Assembly: GCA_903822495.1 (NCBI GenBank)
Contig: CAIJPD010000055.1
Coordinates: 34,903-98,902, forward strand
Length of the DNA stretch: 64,000 bases
Reading direction: 5' to 3'
Source of the DNA: an uncultured Chloroflexota bacterium
GTDB lineage: Bacteria > Chloroflexota > Limnocylindria > Limnocylindrales > CSP1-4
Shown: in pieces, positions 9,375 through 17,659 of the stretch
Layout of the letters: the number at the start of each line of letters is the position of its first letter
How positions within the stretch are numbered: position 1 is the stretch's first letter
Notes under the pieces: generated by a model
Databases searched by the model: none
Told to the model about the DNA's origin: nothing
Seen by the model: the letters and a program-made list of their open reading frames with translations, nothing else
Position numbers and translations under genes: made by a program

Positions 9375-10319
9375 CTAGAAGAGCGAGGCGTACGTGCCGG
9401 CCCGGATGACCGTGTGCTTGCTCAGCCAGTTGCCGACCAGGATGAGCGCGCCGGCGACACCGGCCGCCATCGAGGCGTTGGAGCCCGAGGCGGACAGCGC
9501 GTAGGTGATGAGCGCGAGCGGGATGACCAGCCCGGCCAGCATCACGCCGCCCAGGTAGGCCACCTGGAGGTTGCCCGAGAGCAGGCGCCGAACGGCGACC
9601 TTGGCGGCCACGTGCGTGTACGTTCCGTTGAGGACGTGGGCGATCTGGAGGAAGACCGACAGGACAAGCATCCCGGTGGTCAGCGACAGCCAGCCGGTCA
9701 GCACATCACCCGTGACGTCCGACGGCGCGATCGCCGCGTAGATGAGCCCGCAGGCGAGGCCGCTGGCGAAGCCGTTGACCAGGAACTGCATGGGGATCAG
9801 CGTGCTGTTCCAGAACGGGATGCTGGGCGACGACGCCAGCACCAGGCCCGGGTACGTGATGACGACGATGGCGGCCAGCGCCGCGACCACCTGGAAGACG
9901 AGGCCCAGCGTGCCGTCGCCGTGCCAGGGGAGGCCGGTCAGGTTCAGGCCGCCACCCCCGACGTTGAAGTCAGCCAGCGTCCACAGGCCGGCGAGGCCCA
10001 TGAACGTGAAGTCCGCGATGGCGCCGACGCTGATCCACGACGTCCGCGGGTTGAGCAGCGACCGCAGGAGGCGGAGCGGCTTGCCCAGGTCGGCGATCAG
10101 GATCAGGCCGCCAACACCGATCAGGACGAGGCTGAGGATGTCCGCCCAGGTCATCCCCAGGAACCGGCCCATCTCGATGCCAAACACCATCCGGTTGATG
10201 AACAGGCCACCACCGACGCCCATGAATGTGAACCAGGTGGCGTGCTGGTTCCCCCAGACGTTCTGGGTCTTGGGCTCCATGATCCAGCGCCCGGTGAACG
10301 GGTTTACGACCGACGACAC
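9375..10319 (-). CDS. NrfD/PsrC-type integral membrane subunit of the Mo-oxidoreductase
   Basis: Polytopic membrane protein (about 8 hydrophobic segments by eye) directly downstream of the FeS subunit gene. A GTG at 10319 is preceded by GAGGGGGG; the alternative start is the ATG at 10280. The 5-prime part of track ORF 9375-10535 overlaps the FeS gene and is rejected. Confidence 0.7.
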   Translation of the reverse strand: MSSVVNPFTGRWIMEPKTQNVWGNQHATWFTFMGVGGGLFINRMVFGIEMGRFLGMTWADILSLVLIGVGGLILIADLGKPLRLLRSLLNPRTSWISVGAIADFTFMGLAGLWTLADFNVGGGGLNLTGLPWHGDGTLGLVFQVVAALAAIVVITYPGLVLASSPSIPFWNSTLIPMQFLVNGFASGLACGLIYAAIAPSDVTGDVLTGWLSLTTGMLVLSVFLQIAHVLNGTYTHVAAKVAVRRLLSGNLQVAYLGGVMLAGLVIPLALITYALSASGSNASMAAGVAGALILVGNWLSKHTVIRAGTYASLF

Positions 10320-10377
10320 GGGTCCCCCCTCGGCACTTGGCCGGTTGCGCGCAGTCCCTCGACCAGCGCGGCGATGC

Positions 10378-10980
10378 TCAGCGCAGGTAGTAGACCGACG
10401 GCCCGGTGCCGGCTTCGGGCCGGGCGGGGCTGCCGTTTCGATCGCGGATGACGCGAGAGATCTCGCTTCCCGGATCCTCCAGGTCGCCGAAGATCCGCGC
10501 CTTGGTCGGGCAGACCTCGACGCACGCCGGCTCAAACTTGCCCGCGTCGATCCGATGGGAGCAGAAGGTGCACTTCTGGACCGTCCCGGCCGTGGACTTG
10601 AAGGACTGCTTCTCCAGCTGGATCAGCTCGCCCCCGAAGGCGCCCTGCACCTCGTGGACGTAGTTCATGGCGCCGTACGGGCAGGCGGCGACGCAGGCAC
10701 GGGTCCCGCAGCACTTGGCCTGGTCGACCAGCACGATCCCATCGGTGCGCTTGGCGATCGCCTTGGTCGGGCACGCCTTCAGACAGGGCGCGTCCTCGCA
10801 GTGCATGCACAGCGTCGGGATGAACATGCGCTTGACGTTTGGATACTTCCCGACTTCCTTCTCGTAGACCGGTGCATACCAGACCCCGTCGGGCGTGCCG
10901 TTCTCGGTCTTGCACGCCATCGAACAGGCGTAGCAGCCGACACACCGCTCGAGGTCGAGGGCCATCCCCCAACGAGTCAT
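10378..10980 (-). CDS. 4Fe-4S ferredoxin-type (DmsB/PsrB-like) electron-transfer subunit
   Basis: 200-aa ORF with four Cys groups: CVGCYACSMAC, CMHCEDAPCLKACP, CCGTRACVAACP, CTFCSHR...CVEVCP. Confidence 0.9.
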   Translation of the reverse strand: MTRWGMALDLERCVGCYACSMACKTENGTPDGVWYAPVYEKEVGKYPNVKRMFIPTLCMHCEDAPCLKACPTKAIAKRTDGIVLVDQAKCCGTRACVAACPYGAMNYVHEVQGAFGGELIQLEKQSFKSTAGTVQKCTFCSHRIDAGKFEPACVEVCPTKARIFGDLEDPGSEISRVIRDRNGSPARPEAGTGPSVYYLR

Positions 10981-11007
10981 CGTTCGTCCTCCCCCGGATG
11001 CTGTTGG

Positions 11008-13581
11008 CTAGGCCTTGCTGATCTTGATCTTGACGCAGGAGTCCAGGGCGGCGGACACCGTGTCCATCCGGTCCAGCGTGAACTGGACCAGGTTGTTGAA
11101 GTGCACGCCGCGGCTGCCGTCCTTGCCGATGGCGTCCTTGTTGCCGGCCGTTGTCCGACCGAACATGCCGGGCGCCGATGCGCACTCGGGGTGGATGCCC
11201 TCGGTGAGGCGTGCGATGCCCTTGACCTTCTTGCCGATAGGCGTCTCGATCCAGATCTCGTCGCCGTCCACGATGCCCTTCCTGGCCGCGGTGGCTCGGT
11301 TGATCCCGATGTTGAAGACCTTGCTGTTGCGCTTGGCCAGGTCCATCAGGAGCGGGTTCTCCGCGCTGTAGGTGCCGGCCATGAACGGCAGCTTCTGGTT
11401 CACCAGCCACATGTCGAACTGGGCCGGCGCCTGCTTCTCGGTCAGGCAGGGCTGGAAGTCCATGACGGCGCTGTAGTCGGAGACGTCCCACTCGATGTCG
11501 CGGGAGTCCGTGTAGGCCTTGACGGCGACGCCCGCGTCGAGGAAATGCTCGAGGTAGAGCGGCACGCGACCGCCGTGGTGGATGAGCGGGTAGGCGTACT
11601 TGGCCAGCCGTGCCTCGTCCTTGAGGTAGCCGTTCTTCCGGAAGTAGTCCAGGCCGTGGTCGGCGCCCACCGTGGACTTGGTCCAGCGGTCGGAGAAGTC
11701 CTCCCAGGTGTACTTCTGGTCGCGCTTGAGTTGGTACTCGCCGGTGATGTGGCAGGCGGCGTTGAGGGCCGTGTTCATGTCCGGCCCGATGCCCGCCCGG
11801 AAGGCGACGTCGATAAGGACCTCGCCCCAGTTGCGGGCCTTCTCGACCACCTTGACGACCGGCTGCTGGAAGTTCCAGGTGCCGGACTCGTCGACGGAGG
11901 CCGCATTCGTGAAGTTGTTGGGGTTGCCCACGAGGGGGGTCAGCCGCTCCAGCGAGTGCTGATCGGGGAGGAGGAGGTCCGCAAACGCGGCCGTCTCGTC
12001 CTCGAACGGGTTGAGCGAGACGATGAACCCGATGGTCTTCATGGCCTTGGCCATGGTGTCGGGGTCCCCGGAGGTCTGCATGATGTTGCCGCGCGAGGTC
12101 ACCAGGACCTCGCACTTGTACGGCAAGCCGAACTTGTCGCCCTCCAGCAGGCCCAGCCAGAGCATGGCCCGGGCGTAGACGGAGGTCGGGAAGAGCTCCT
12201 GGAGCTCCAGCGTCTCGGGGGCCGACACCTTGCGCCGCGGGAGCGCGGGCTTCATGTGGCCGGCCAGCGGGTTGCCGGGGTAGATGAACCCGTCCGGGTC
12301 CAGGTTGGGCCGCCAGGTGGGGCCCATCGACGACGAGTTGAGCACGCCGCCCGGGACGTCCACGGCGCCCAGCAGCATGTTGAGCTGGCCCATGAGCATG
12401 CCCGAGGCCATCGCGTGACGGTGTGCCGAGATGCCGCGATACCAGCTGATGGCCGCGGTCCGGAGCGGGTAGGTGTCACCCTCCAGCTGGATCGTCTGGC
12501 CGATGCTGGCGGCCTCGACGACCTCGTGGGCGACGCGCGTGATGGTGGCGGCCGGGACCGAGGTGACCTTGGAGGCGTACTCGGCCGTGTACGGCTCGAG
12601 GTGCTTCTTGAACACGACGAACGCCGGGGTGGCCTGCACGCCGTCCACGGTGAAGGTGCCCTCGAGGGCGGCCTCGTCGGACGGGGCCTGGTCGAACGGC
12701 AGCGCGGCGCCGGTGGCGGCGATGCCGACGAGCGGCTTGTTGGTGGCCTTGTCGCGGATGTAGCGGCCGTCGGCGCCCACCAGGTAGGTGGCATTGGTGT
12801 GGCGCTTGAGGAAGGTCTTGTCGTAGTGGTCCTGGACGATGACCCACTCGCGCATCATCGCGAGGGCGAAGGCCGCGTCCGTGCCGGGGCGGATGGGAAT
12901 CCACTCGTCCGCGTGGGAGGCCGCGTAGTTGAGGACGGGATCCACCACGGTCAATTTCATGCCGCGCTGGCGGGCGTCCTGCATCTCGACGCTGTAGCCC
13001 ATCGCGTTGTGGCCGCCGACGAAGCCCGCCGACGCACCGAACATGAGCAGGTGGTTGCAGTACTTGAGGTCGTCGTGGATCTCGTTGGAGGCCGTCAGGG
13101 TGAAGGCCACCGGGTGCGTGCCGTTCCCGCAGAAGATGCCGGCCGAGCCCATCGTCACGTTGGGGCTGCCCACGGCGGTGGAGAACGCCTTGGCGACGGA
13201 GTAGGTGTAGCGGTCGAAGGTGTGGGTCAGGATGCTCCGGGGATCCTTGTCCATGGCGGCCTTGATCTTGCTGGCGAACAGATCAAGCGCCTCGTCCCAC
13301 GAGATCTCCTTCCAGCCCGGGTCGACGCCGACGCCCTTCTGGGGGTTCGTGCGGACCATGGGGGCCTGGACGCGATTGGGGCTGTAGACGTTCATCAGGG
13401 CCGACAGGCCCTTGGCGCAGGTCTTGCCGTAGTTGGGCCCGACCCCGGGGATGCCCTCGATCTTGACCGCGACCCCGTCCACCCGGTGCACCTGCACGGT
13501 GCAGCCGTTGTAGCACATGTCACAGGCCGTCGGAATCCAGACGTCCTCAGTCACCCCTGCCATCGGAAGTGCGACCGCCAC
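11008..13581 (-). CDS. molybdopterin (bis-PGD) oxidoreductase catalytic subunit, DMSO-reductase superfamily, no Tat signal
   Basis: 857-aa ORF. The N-terminal FS0 motif is CDMCYNGC...GKTCAKG, and the size is typical of this family. GTG at 13581 is preceded by AGAGGGGAGAG. Only 32 nt separate this start from the upstream MoaD-like stop, so there is no room for a twin-arginine leader. Confidence 0.9.
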   Translation of the reverse strand: MAVALPMAGVTEDVWIPTACDMCYNGCTVQVHRVDGVAVKIEGIPGVGPNYGKTCAKGLSALMNVYSPNRVQAPMVRTNPQKGVGVDPGWKEISWDEALDLFASKIKAAMDKDPRSILTHTFDRYTYSVAKAFSTAVGSPNVTMGSAGIFCGNGTHPVAFTLTASNEIHDDLKYCNHLLMFGASAGFVGGHNAMGYSVEMQDARQRGMKLTVVDPVLNYAASHADEWIPIRPGTDAAFALAMMREWVIVQDHYDKTFLKRHTNATYLVGADGRYIRDKATNKPLVGIAATGAALPFDQAPSDEAALEGTFTVDGVQATPAFVVFKKHLEPYTAEYASKVTSVPAATITRVAHEVVEAASIGQTIQLEGDTYPLRTAAISWYRGISAHRHAMASGMLMGQLNMLLGAVDVPGGVLNSSSMGPTWRPNLDPDGFIYPGNPLAGHMKPALPRRKVSAPETLELQELFPTSVYARAMLWLGLLEGDKFGLPYKCEVLVTSRGNIMQTSGDPDTMAKAMKTIGFIVSLNPFEDETAAFADLLLPDQHSLERLTPLVGNPNNFTNAASVDESGTWNFQQPVVKVVEKARNWGEVLIDVAFRAGIGPDMNTALNAACHITGEYQLKRDQKYTWEDFSDRWTKSTVGADHGLDYFRKNGYLKDEARLAKYAYPLIHHGGRVPLYLEHFLDAGVAVKAYTDSRDIEWDVSDYSAVMDFQPCLTEKQAPAQFDMWLVNQKLPFMAGTYSAENPLLMDLAKRNSKVFNIGINRATAARKGIVDGDEIWIETPIGKKVKGIARLTEGIHPECASAPGMFGRTTAGNKDAIGKDGSRGVHFNNLVQFTLDRMDTVSAALDSCVKIKISKA

Positions 13582-13613
13582 GGCTCTCCCCTCTCAGAAC
13601 TTGCCCGAGACCT

Positions 13614-13913
13614 CTACCCGCCCAGCAGCGGTGGACCCAACAACACGATCTCGACCTGGGCCGGCGTCTGCCGGTCCAGCCGAGCCTGCATCCCGCCGAC
13701 CTCTCGCGCGTAGTCGCCGTCGATCATCACGACAGCGTGGTTCGCGAGGTCACCGTTGAGCAGGATCTTGTCTTCGAACTCCTGTCCGAACCGCGCCGTG
13801 AGATCCGCCAGCAGGTCGCCCAGCGTCGAACCGGCGGGCAGCGTGACCGTCATCTCTGACGTCCCCACAACCCGCTTGATGAGCCCAGCGAAGATCACCT
13901 TGCACTGGATCAT
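13614..13913 (-). CDS. MoaD/ThiS-family ubiquitin-like small protein (C-terminal GG)
   Basis: ATG at 13913 (MIQCKVIFAGL...), preceded by GGAG. The 99-aa product ends in ...VLLGPPLLGG. It is the first gene of the Mo-enzyme cluster. Confidence 0.7.
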   Translation of the reverse strand: MIQCKVIFAGLIKRVVGTSEMTVTLPAGSTLGDLLADLTARFGQEFEDKILLNGDLANHAVVMIDGDYAREVGGMQARLDRQTPAQVEIVLLGPPLLGG

Positions 13914-14022
13914 GTGACTCCGGACGAATGCCACATCCGTCGCGCGCGCGATCGGCCCGGCAGGCGCCGAGTCGGGACATCTTGGCCCTGCGGACGGGCC
14001 ACTGTCAAACGGAGATCCCCGC

Positions 14023-14868
14023 CTAGAGGCGGGTTTTCCCGCGTTCGCTCCTGGCCGCGTGCTCCATGTAGAAATTGACCATCTCGTACGCCCACGCGGC
14101 GTCGAACGTCAGCGCGAACTGCTGGGCGATGCGCCGGTTCAACACCCGCTTGGACCAGGCCAGCGCGTAGGGCGTTCGCTTGAGCAGGCGGTCACACAGC
14201 TCCTTGACCGCGGCATCCAGCTGGTCCTTTGGCACGGCCCTGTGGATGTAGCCCAGGTCGGCCAGCTCGCGGCCGGTGAACGGGCGAGCCAGCAGCAGGA
14301 AGTCACGCGCGTGGGCCAGCGTCATCTGCATCGGCACGAAGACCGAGCCGCCGTCGCCCGGGACCACGCCGAAGTCCGCCCGGCCGAAGGGGAGCTCGCC
14401 CATCCCCAGGTGGTAGTCGGCGATCATCGCGTCCTCGTCCGCCACGACGAAGTCGCAGGCAAAGACCAGGCTGGACCCAAAGGCCACGGCGGCGCCGTTG
14501 ACCCGCGCGACGATCGGCTTCTCGCACTCGATGATCGCGTTGAAGGTGCGCGCCAGGCCCTGCGTCAGATCCCAGTCCTCGCCCGGGTCGTGGGCCTGGA
14601 TGCCGGGGCCGCTGGACGGCGGGATGAAGAACATGTCGCCCAGGCCCGTCAGGATGATCACGCGGACGTCGTTGTCGCCGCGCAGCTCCTCGATCGCCTC
14701 GCCGACCTCCTTGTGCTTGGGGAAGAACTTCTTGACCTTCCCCTCGGTCTCCCGCATCCGCTTGTACTGGGCGTCCCCGGACGGCAGCATCCCGATGGTG
14801 GCCACCCCGTCTTCGATGGCAATCCGCAGGTCCCCGTACTCGCGCAACACGGCTGATCCTCCAGGCAT
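14023..14868 (-). CDS. enoyl-CoA hydratase/isomerase (crotonase) family protein
   Basis: ORF trimmed to the ATG at 14868 (MPGGSAVLREYGDLRIAIEDGVATI). Crotonase core is present: VRVIILTGLGDMFF, EKPIVARVNGAAVAFGSSLVFACDFVVA. Confidence 0.85.
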   Translation of the reverse strand: MPGGSAVLREYGDLRIAIEDGVATIGMLPSGDAQYKRMRETEGKVKKFFPKHKEVGEAIEELRGDNDVRVIILTGLGDMFFIPPSSGPGIQAHDPGEDWDLTQGLARTFNAIIECEKPIVARVNGAAVAFGSSLVFACDFVVADEDAMIADYHLGMGELPFGRADFGVVPGDGGSVFVPMQMTLAHARDFLLLARPFTGRELADLGYIHRAVPKDQLDAAVKELCDRLLKRTPYALAWSKRVLNRRIAQQFALTFDAAWAYEMVNFYMEHAARSERGKTRL

Positions 14869-14948
14869 GAACTCTCTGGGCTGGCGCGTGAACTGTAGGG
14901 CCCGCGCGAGGCACCGGACGGGCCGTCGCGAAGCGCGGGGACGACCCG

Positions 14949-15773
14949 TCAGGCGGGCTCGGAACCCAGCGTGAGGCGGGCGCGGGCTGCCGCCACGCCG
15001 TCGGCGCCCCGAACGACGCTGCCATGCCACGCCGCGGAGGCCATGGAGGCTGCGGCGCCGGCGGAGGCCGTTGCGCCGGCGCCGCCCGGCGGAGGCTGCC
15101 AGGCCACGACGTTGGCCTCCGCACCCTGGGCGAGGGCCTGCAGGTACTCGACCCGGTAGCGACGCGGCAGGCGGGCCAGGTCCGGCGCCCCATTTGCGGC
15201 CGCGACGGCCTCCTCCAGCCAGTCCAGGTAGACGGCGTTGTTGAGGTGGCCGTTGGGGTCCACCTCGTGGGGCCGGACCGCCAGGGCGACGGACGCCGCG
15301 CCCTCGGGGGCCGAGGCCGCGGGGACGCGGGTCATCTCGAAGTCCGCCGCCGGGACGCCGAAGAGGGTGCTGAACGATTCCGGGATGCGGACCAGCCGGC
15401 CGGTGCCGTCGATGAGCACCCAGTCCGTGAGCGCGACGGCGGCGGGTGGGGCGGCGGGTGGGTCACCGGCCAGGCGCAGCTCGACTCGCCGGCGGGCCCA
15501 GACGCGGCGATGGCCCACGACGGCCGTCGTCACGTCGAGCCGTGCGCCGACAGGCATCGGCCGCGCCAGGACCAGGTCCACGGCACGGACCAGCCAGACC
15601 AGCTGGTGCTCCTCGTACCAGTCCCGGGTCAGCCCCAGCGCGGCGCCGTGCTGCCAGGCGGCGTCCTGGGCATAGCGGAGGAGCGACGACGCGCGCACCA
15701 GGCCGTCGGCGCCCGCCTCGTCGAACCGGACGCGGTAGGCCGCCTCGAAGCGATGGGGAACCGGGTCGCTCAC
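14949..15773 (-). CDS. acyl-ACP/acyl-CoA thioesterase, double hotdog fold
   Basis: 274 aa with two hotdog-like halves (YRVRFDEAGADGLVRASSLLRYAQDAAW... and VRPHEVDPNGHLNNAVYLDWLEEA). The GTG start at 15773 overlaps the stop of the upstream hypothetical gene (GTGA). Confidence 0.7.
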   Translation of the reverse strand: MSDPVPHRFEAAYRVRFDEAGADGLVRASSLLRYAQDAAWQHGAALGLTRDWYEEHQLVWLVRAVDLVLARPMPVGARLDVTTAVVGHRRVWARRRVELRLAGDPPAAPPAAVALTDWVLIDGTGRLVRIPESFSTLFGVPAADFEMTRVPAASAPEGAASVALAVRPHEVDPNGHLNNAVYLDWLEEAVAAANGAPDLARLPRRYRVEYLQALAQGAEANVVAWQPPPGGAGATASAGAAASMASAAWHGSVVRGADGVAAARARLTLGSEPA

Positions 15774-16459
15774 GCCTTCAGGGGCTGCGGTGGACCCGCG
15801 GCCATCCGGTTCAGGGTCTCGATGCTGACCAGTCCCGTCGCCCCCAGCGGGGCGGTCTGGCGGGCCAGCCGGACCAGGCAGGAGCGGCGGGCGTCGAAGA
15901 TCACCAGAGCGACCGCCAGGCGCTCGTCCTCAGCGGCAGCGTTGGCGCGCGCGGCATCCAGCTGGAGCATCACCTCGCCGTTGATCCCGCGGGCGCCCCA
16001 CTTGCAGTCGTACGCCTCGGCGCGGCCGTCCGCCTCGACGGTGACGTCATACGGGTGAATCTCCGCGCGCACCCCGTCGAACAGGATTCGCCGTTCGCGG
16101 CGGACCTCGGACGCCGGGGCACGGCGAGCCAGCAGGCGCTCCGTCAGCTCCTCCACGATGGCCCCGCGGAGCTGGCTCCGGACCTGGTCGCCGCGATCCG
16201 CGACGGCGAGGGAGACGGCCAGGACCTCCTGGGCGTGCGTGCGCACCTCCGGCGATGCATCGGGCCCGAACAGCGTCGGGAAGGCGACCCGCCAGCCGTC
16301 GGCGTCCGTGGTCTCACCGTTCATGACGGCCCGCGCGAGCACCCGACCGGCCGTGTTGGCGAGCACCAGGGCCTCGGCCGCGCGCGCGACCAGCGGGTCC
16401 GCCTGGACCGACGCGTAGACGACCGCACGCGCGTCGCGGGCTGCGTCCTGGAATCTCAT
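15770..16459 (-). CDS. hypothetical protein with PD-(D/E)XK nuclease-like motif
   Basis: ORF 15770-16708 trimmed to the ATG at 16459, giving 229 aa. Motif order is helix IVEELTERLL, then HPYD138VTV, then AEAYD151-C-K153WG. It is translationally coupled at both ends (ATGA at 16456-16459, GTGA at 15770-15773). Confidence 0.5.
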   Translation of the reverse strand: MRFQDAARDARAVVYASVQADPLVARAAEALVLANTAGRVLARAVMNGETTDADGWRVAFPTLFGPDASPEVRTHAQEVLAVSLAVADRGDQVRSQLRGAIVEELTERLLARRAPASEVRRERRILFDGVRAEIHPYDVTVEADGRAEAYDCKWGARGINGEVMLQLDAARANAAAEDERLAVALVIFDARRSCLVRLARQTAPLGATGLVSIETLNRMAAGPPQPLKA

Positions 16460-16791
16460 GCTGGGGATGCCGGCGCGGCGGCGGCCGGCGGCGAGACCGG
16501 GCCCGGGCCCAGCGCGAGGAGGACGGCCTGCGGGAACGTCGAGAGCCAGTCGATCGCGCGGTGCGGGTCGCTGATCCGCTCGATCTCGTCGATCAGCCGG
16601 TCCACGGCGGCCTGGGCGCCCGGCGTGGCCTGCTCGTCGGCGCGGGCGGCGGCCACCCGGTCCAGCTCGGCCAACCAGACGCGGCCCAGGTCCGTGACGT
16701 ACTGCCACTCGTCCTGGATCTCCTCGCCGAGAACGCCCAGCGCCTCGTACGCGACGCGGGCTCGGCCCAGCAGCTGGCTGACGGTGACCAT
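16456..16791 (-). CDS. hypothetical small acidic, probably helical protein
   Basis: ORF trimmed to the ATG at 16791 (MVTVSQLLGRARVAYEALGVLGEEIQDEWQY...), giving 111 aa. The stop overlaps the next start. I recognise no family. Confidence 0.45.
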   Translation of the reverse strand: MVTVSQLLGRARVAYEALGVLGEEIQDEWQYVTDLGRVWLAELDRVAAARADEQATPGAQAAVDRLIDEIERISDPHRAIDWLSTFPQAVLLALGPGPVSPPAAAAPASPA

Positions 16792-16899
16792 GGTGCCAAG
16801 CCTACGACCCCGATCGTCGGCGCGCACGGGACGGCGGGGACGGCGGGAACGGCACGGGAGGCAGGAGGCTCGCGCGGCGGAGCCGTGGGCCACGGCGAG

Positions 16900-17217
16900 C
16901 TAGCGCGGCTGGGCCACCTTGCGATGAGTGGACCAGGACCACGAGGTCTCCGCATCGCCGTCCGGTCGGACCCTGGATGCGAGCCGGTCGGCCTCGCCCA
17001 TCGGCCGGTGTGCGGCGAGCACGACCTCGATCCGGGCGACCAGGGCCGTCAGCCGACGCCGGCCGGCCTCGCCCCAGGCGCCCGAGTACGCGGCCGTCGC
17101 ATCGCGGCGAACCGCGTGGGCCTCCGCCCGCAGCCCGCACCGCTCCAGGTCGGCAACGCCGTCCAGGATCGCGCGATACAGCGCCGGGAATGCCTCTGCC
17201 GCGGTCGAACTCTCCAT
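16900..17217 (-). CDS. hypothetical small protein
   Basis: ORF trimmed to the ATG at 17217 (MESSTAAEAFPALYRAILDGVADLER...), giving 105 aa. Composition is coding-like, but I recognise no family. Confidence 0.4.
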   Translation of the reverse strand: MESSTAAEAFPALYRAILDGVADLERCGLRAEAHAVRRDATAAYSGAWGEAGRRRLTALVARIEVVLAAHRPMGEADRLASRVRPDGDAETSWSWSTHRKVAQPR

Positions 17218-17350
17218 GGGCCTGACTGTGGGGCCCGATGGTCCGGCCGCGTATAGCCCAACAGTCACGGACAGCACCCGCCCGAATGGGCTACCAGGGC
17301 ATAGGCTTGGCCCACCGATCGACCACGGGCTCGGTGCCCATCCCGGTCGG

Positions 17351-17659
17351 TCAGTCGCCGCGGTGGCCCCCCGACCGGATGGAGAACCGGTCGAACCCGC
17401 CGACGGGCGGCATCCACGCCTGGCTCACGTTGGTGACGAGCGCTCCTGCCGGGCCCACGGCGAGCGCCTCGGCCAGGCGCTCGAGGTCCTCACGGGAGCC
17501 CTCGGCGATGCACTGGACGCTGCCATTGAGCTGATTGGCGACCCAGCCCACGACCCCGAGGCGGTTGGCCGTCACCAGGACGAAGTAGCGGAAGCCCACG
17601 CCCTGGACACGGCCGGTCACGACGGCGTCCAGCCGCGCGGCGACGTGGCCCGGGCTCAC
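17351..17659 (-). CDS. acyP: acylphosphatase
   Basis: Signature VTGRVQGVGFRYF followed by GWVAN..NGSVQCIAEG. The GTG at 17659 overlaps the holB stop (GTGA). Confidence 0.8.
   Translation of the reverse strand: MSPGHVAARLDAVVTGRVQGVGFRYFVLVTANRLGVVGWVANQLNGSVQCIAEGSREDLERLAEALAVGPAGALVTNVSQAWMPPVGGFDRFSIRSGGHRGD

Noticed and set aside
9742-13713. 1323-aa plus-strand ORF spanning the Mo-enzyme region
   Set aside because: It lies antisense to three genes with clear family motifs. Its translation is Arg/Gly/Asp/Val/Ala-rich low complexity with no motif. This is a typical high-GC mirror-ORF artefact.
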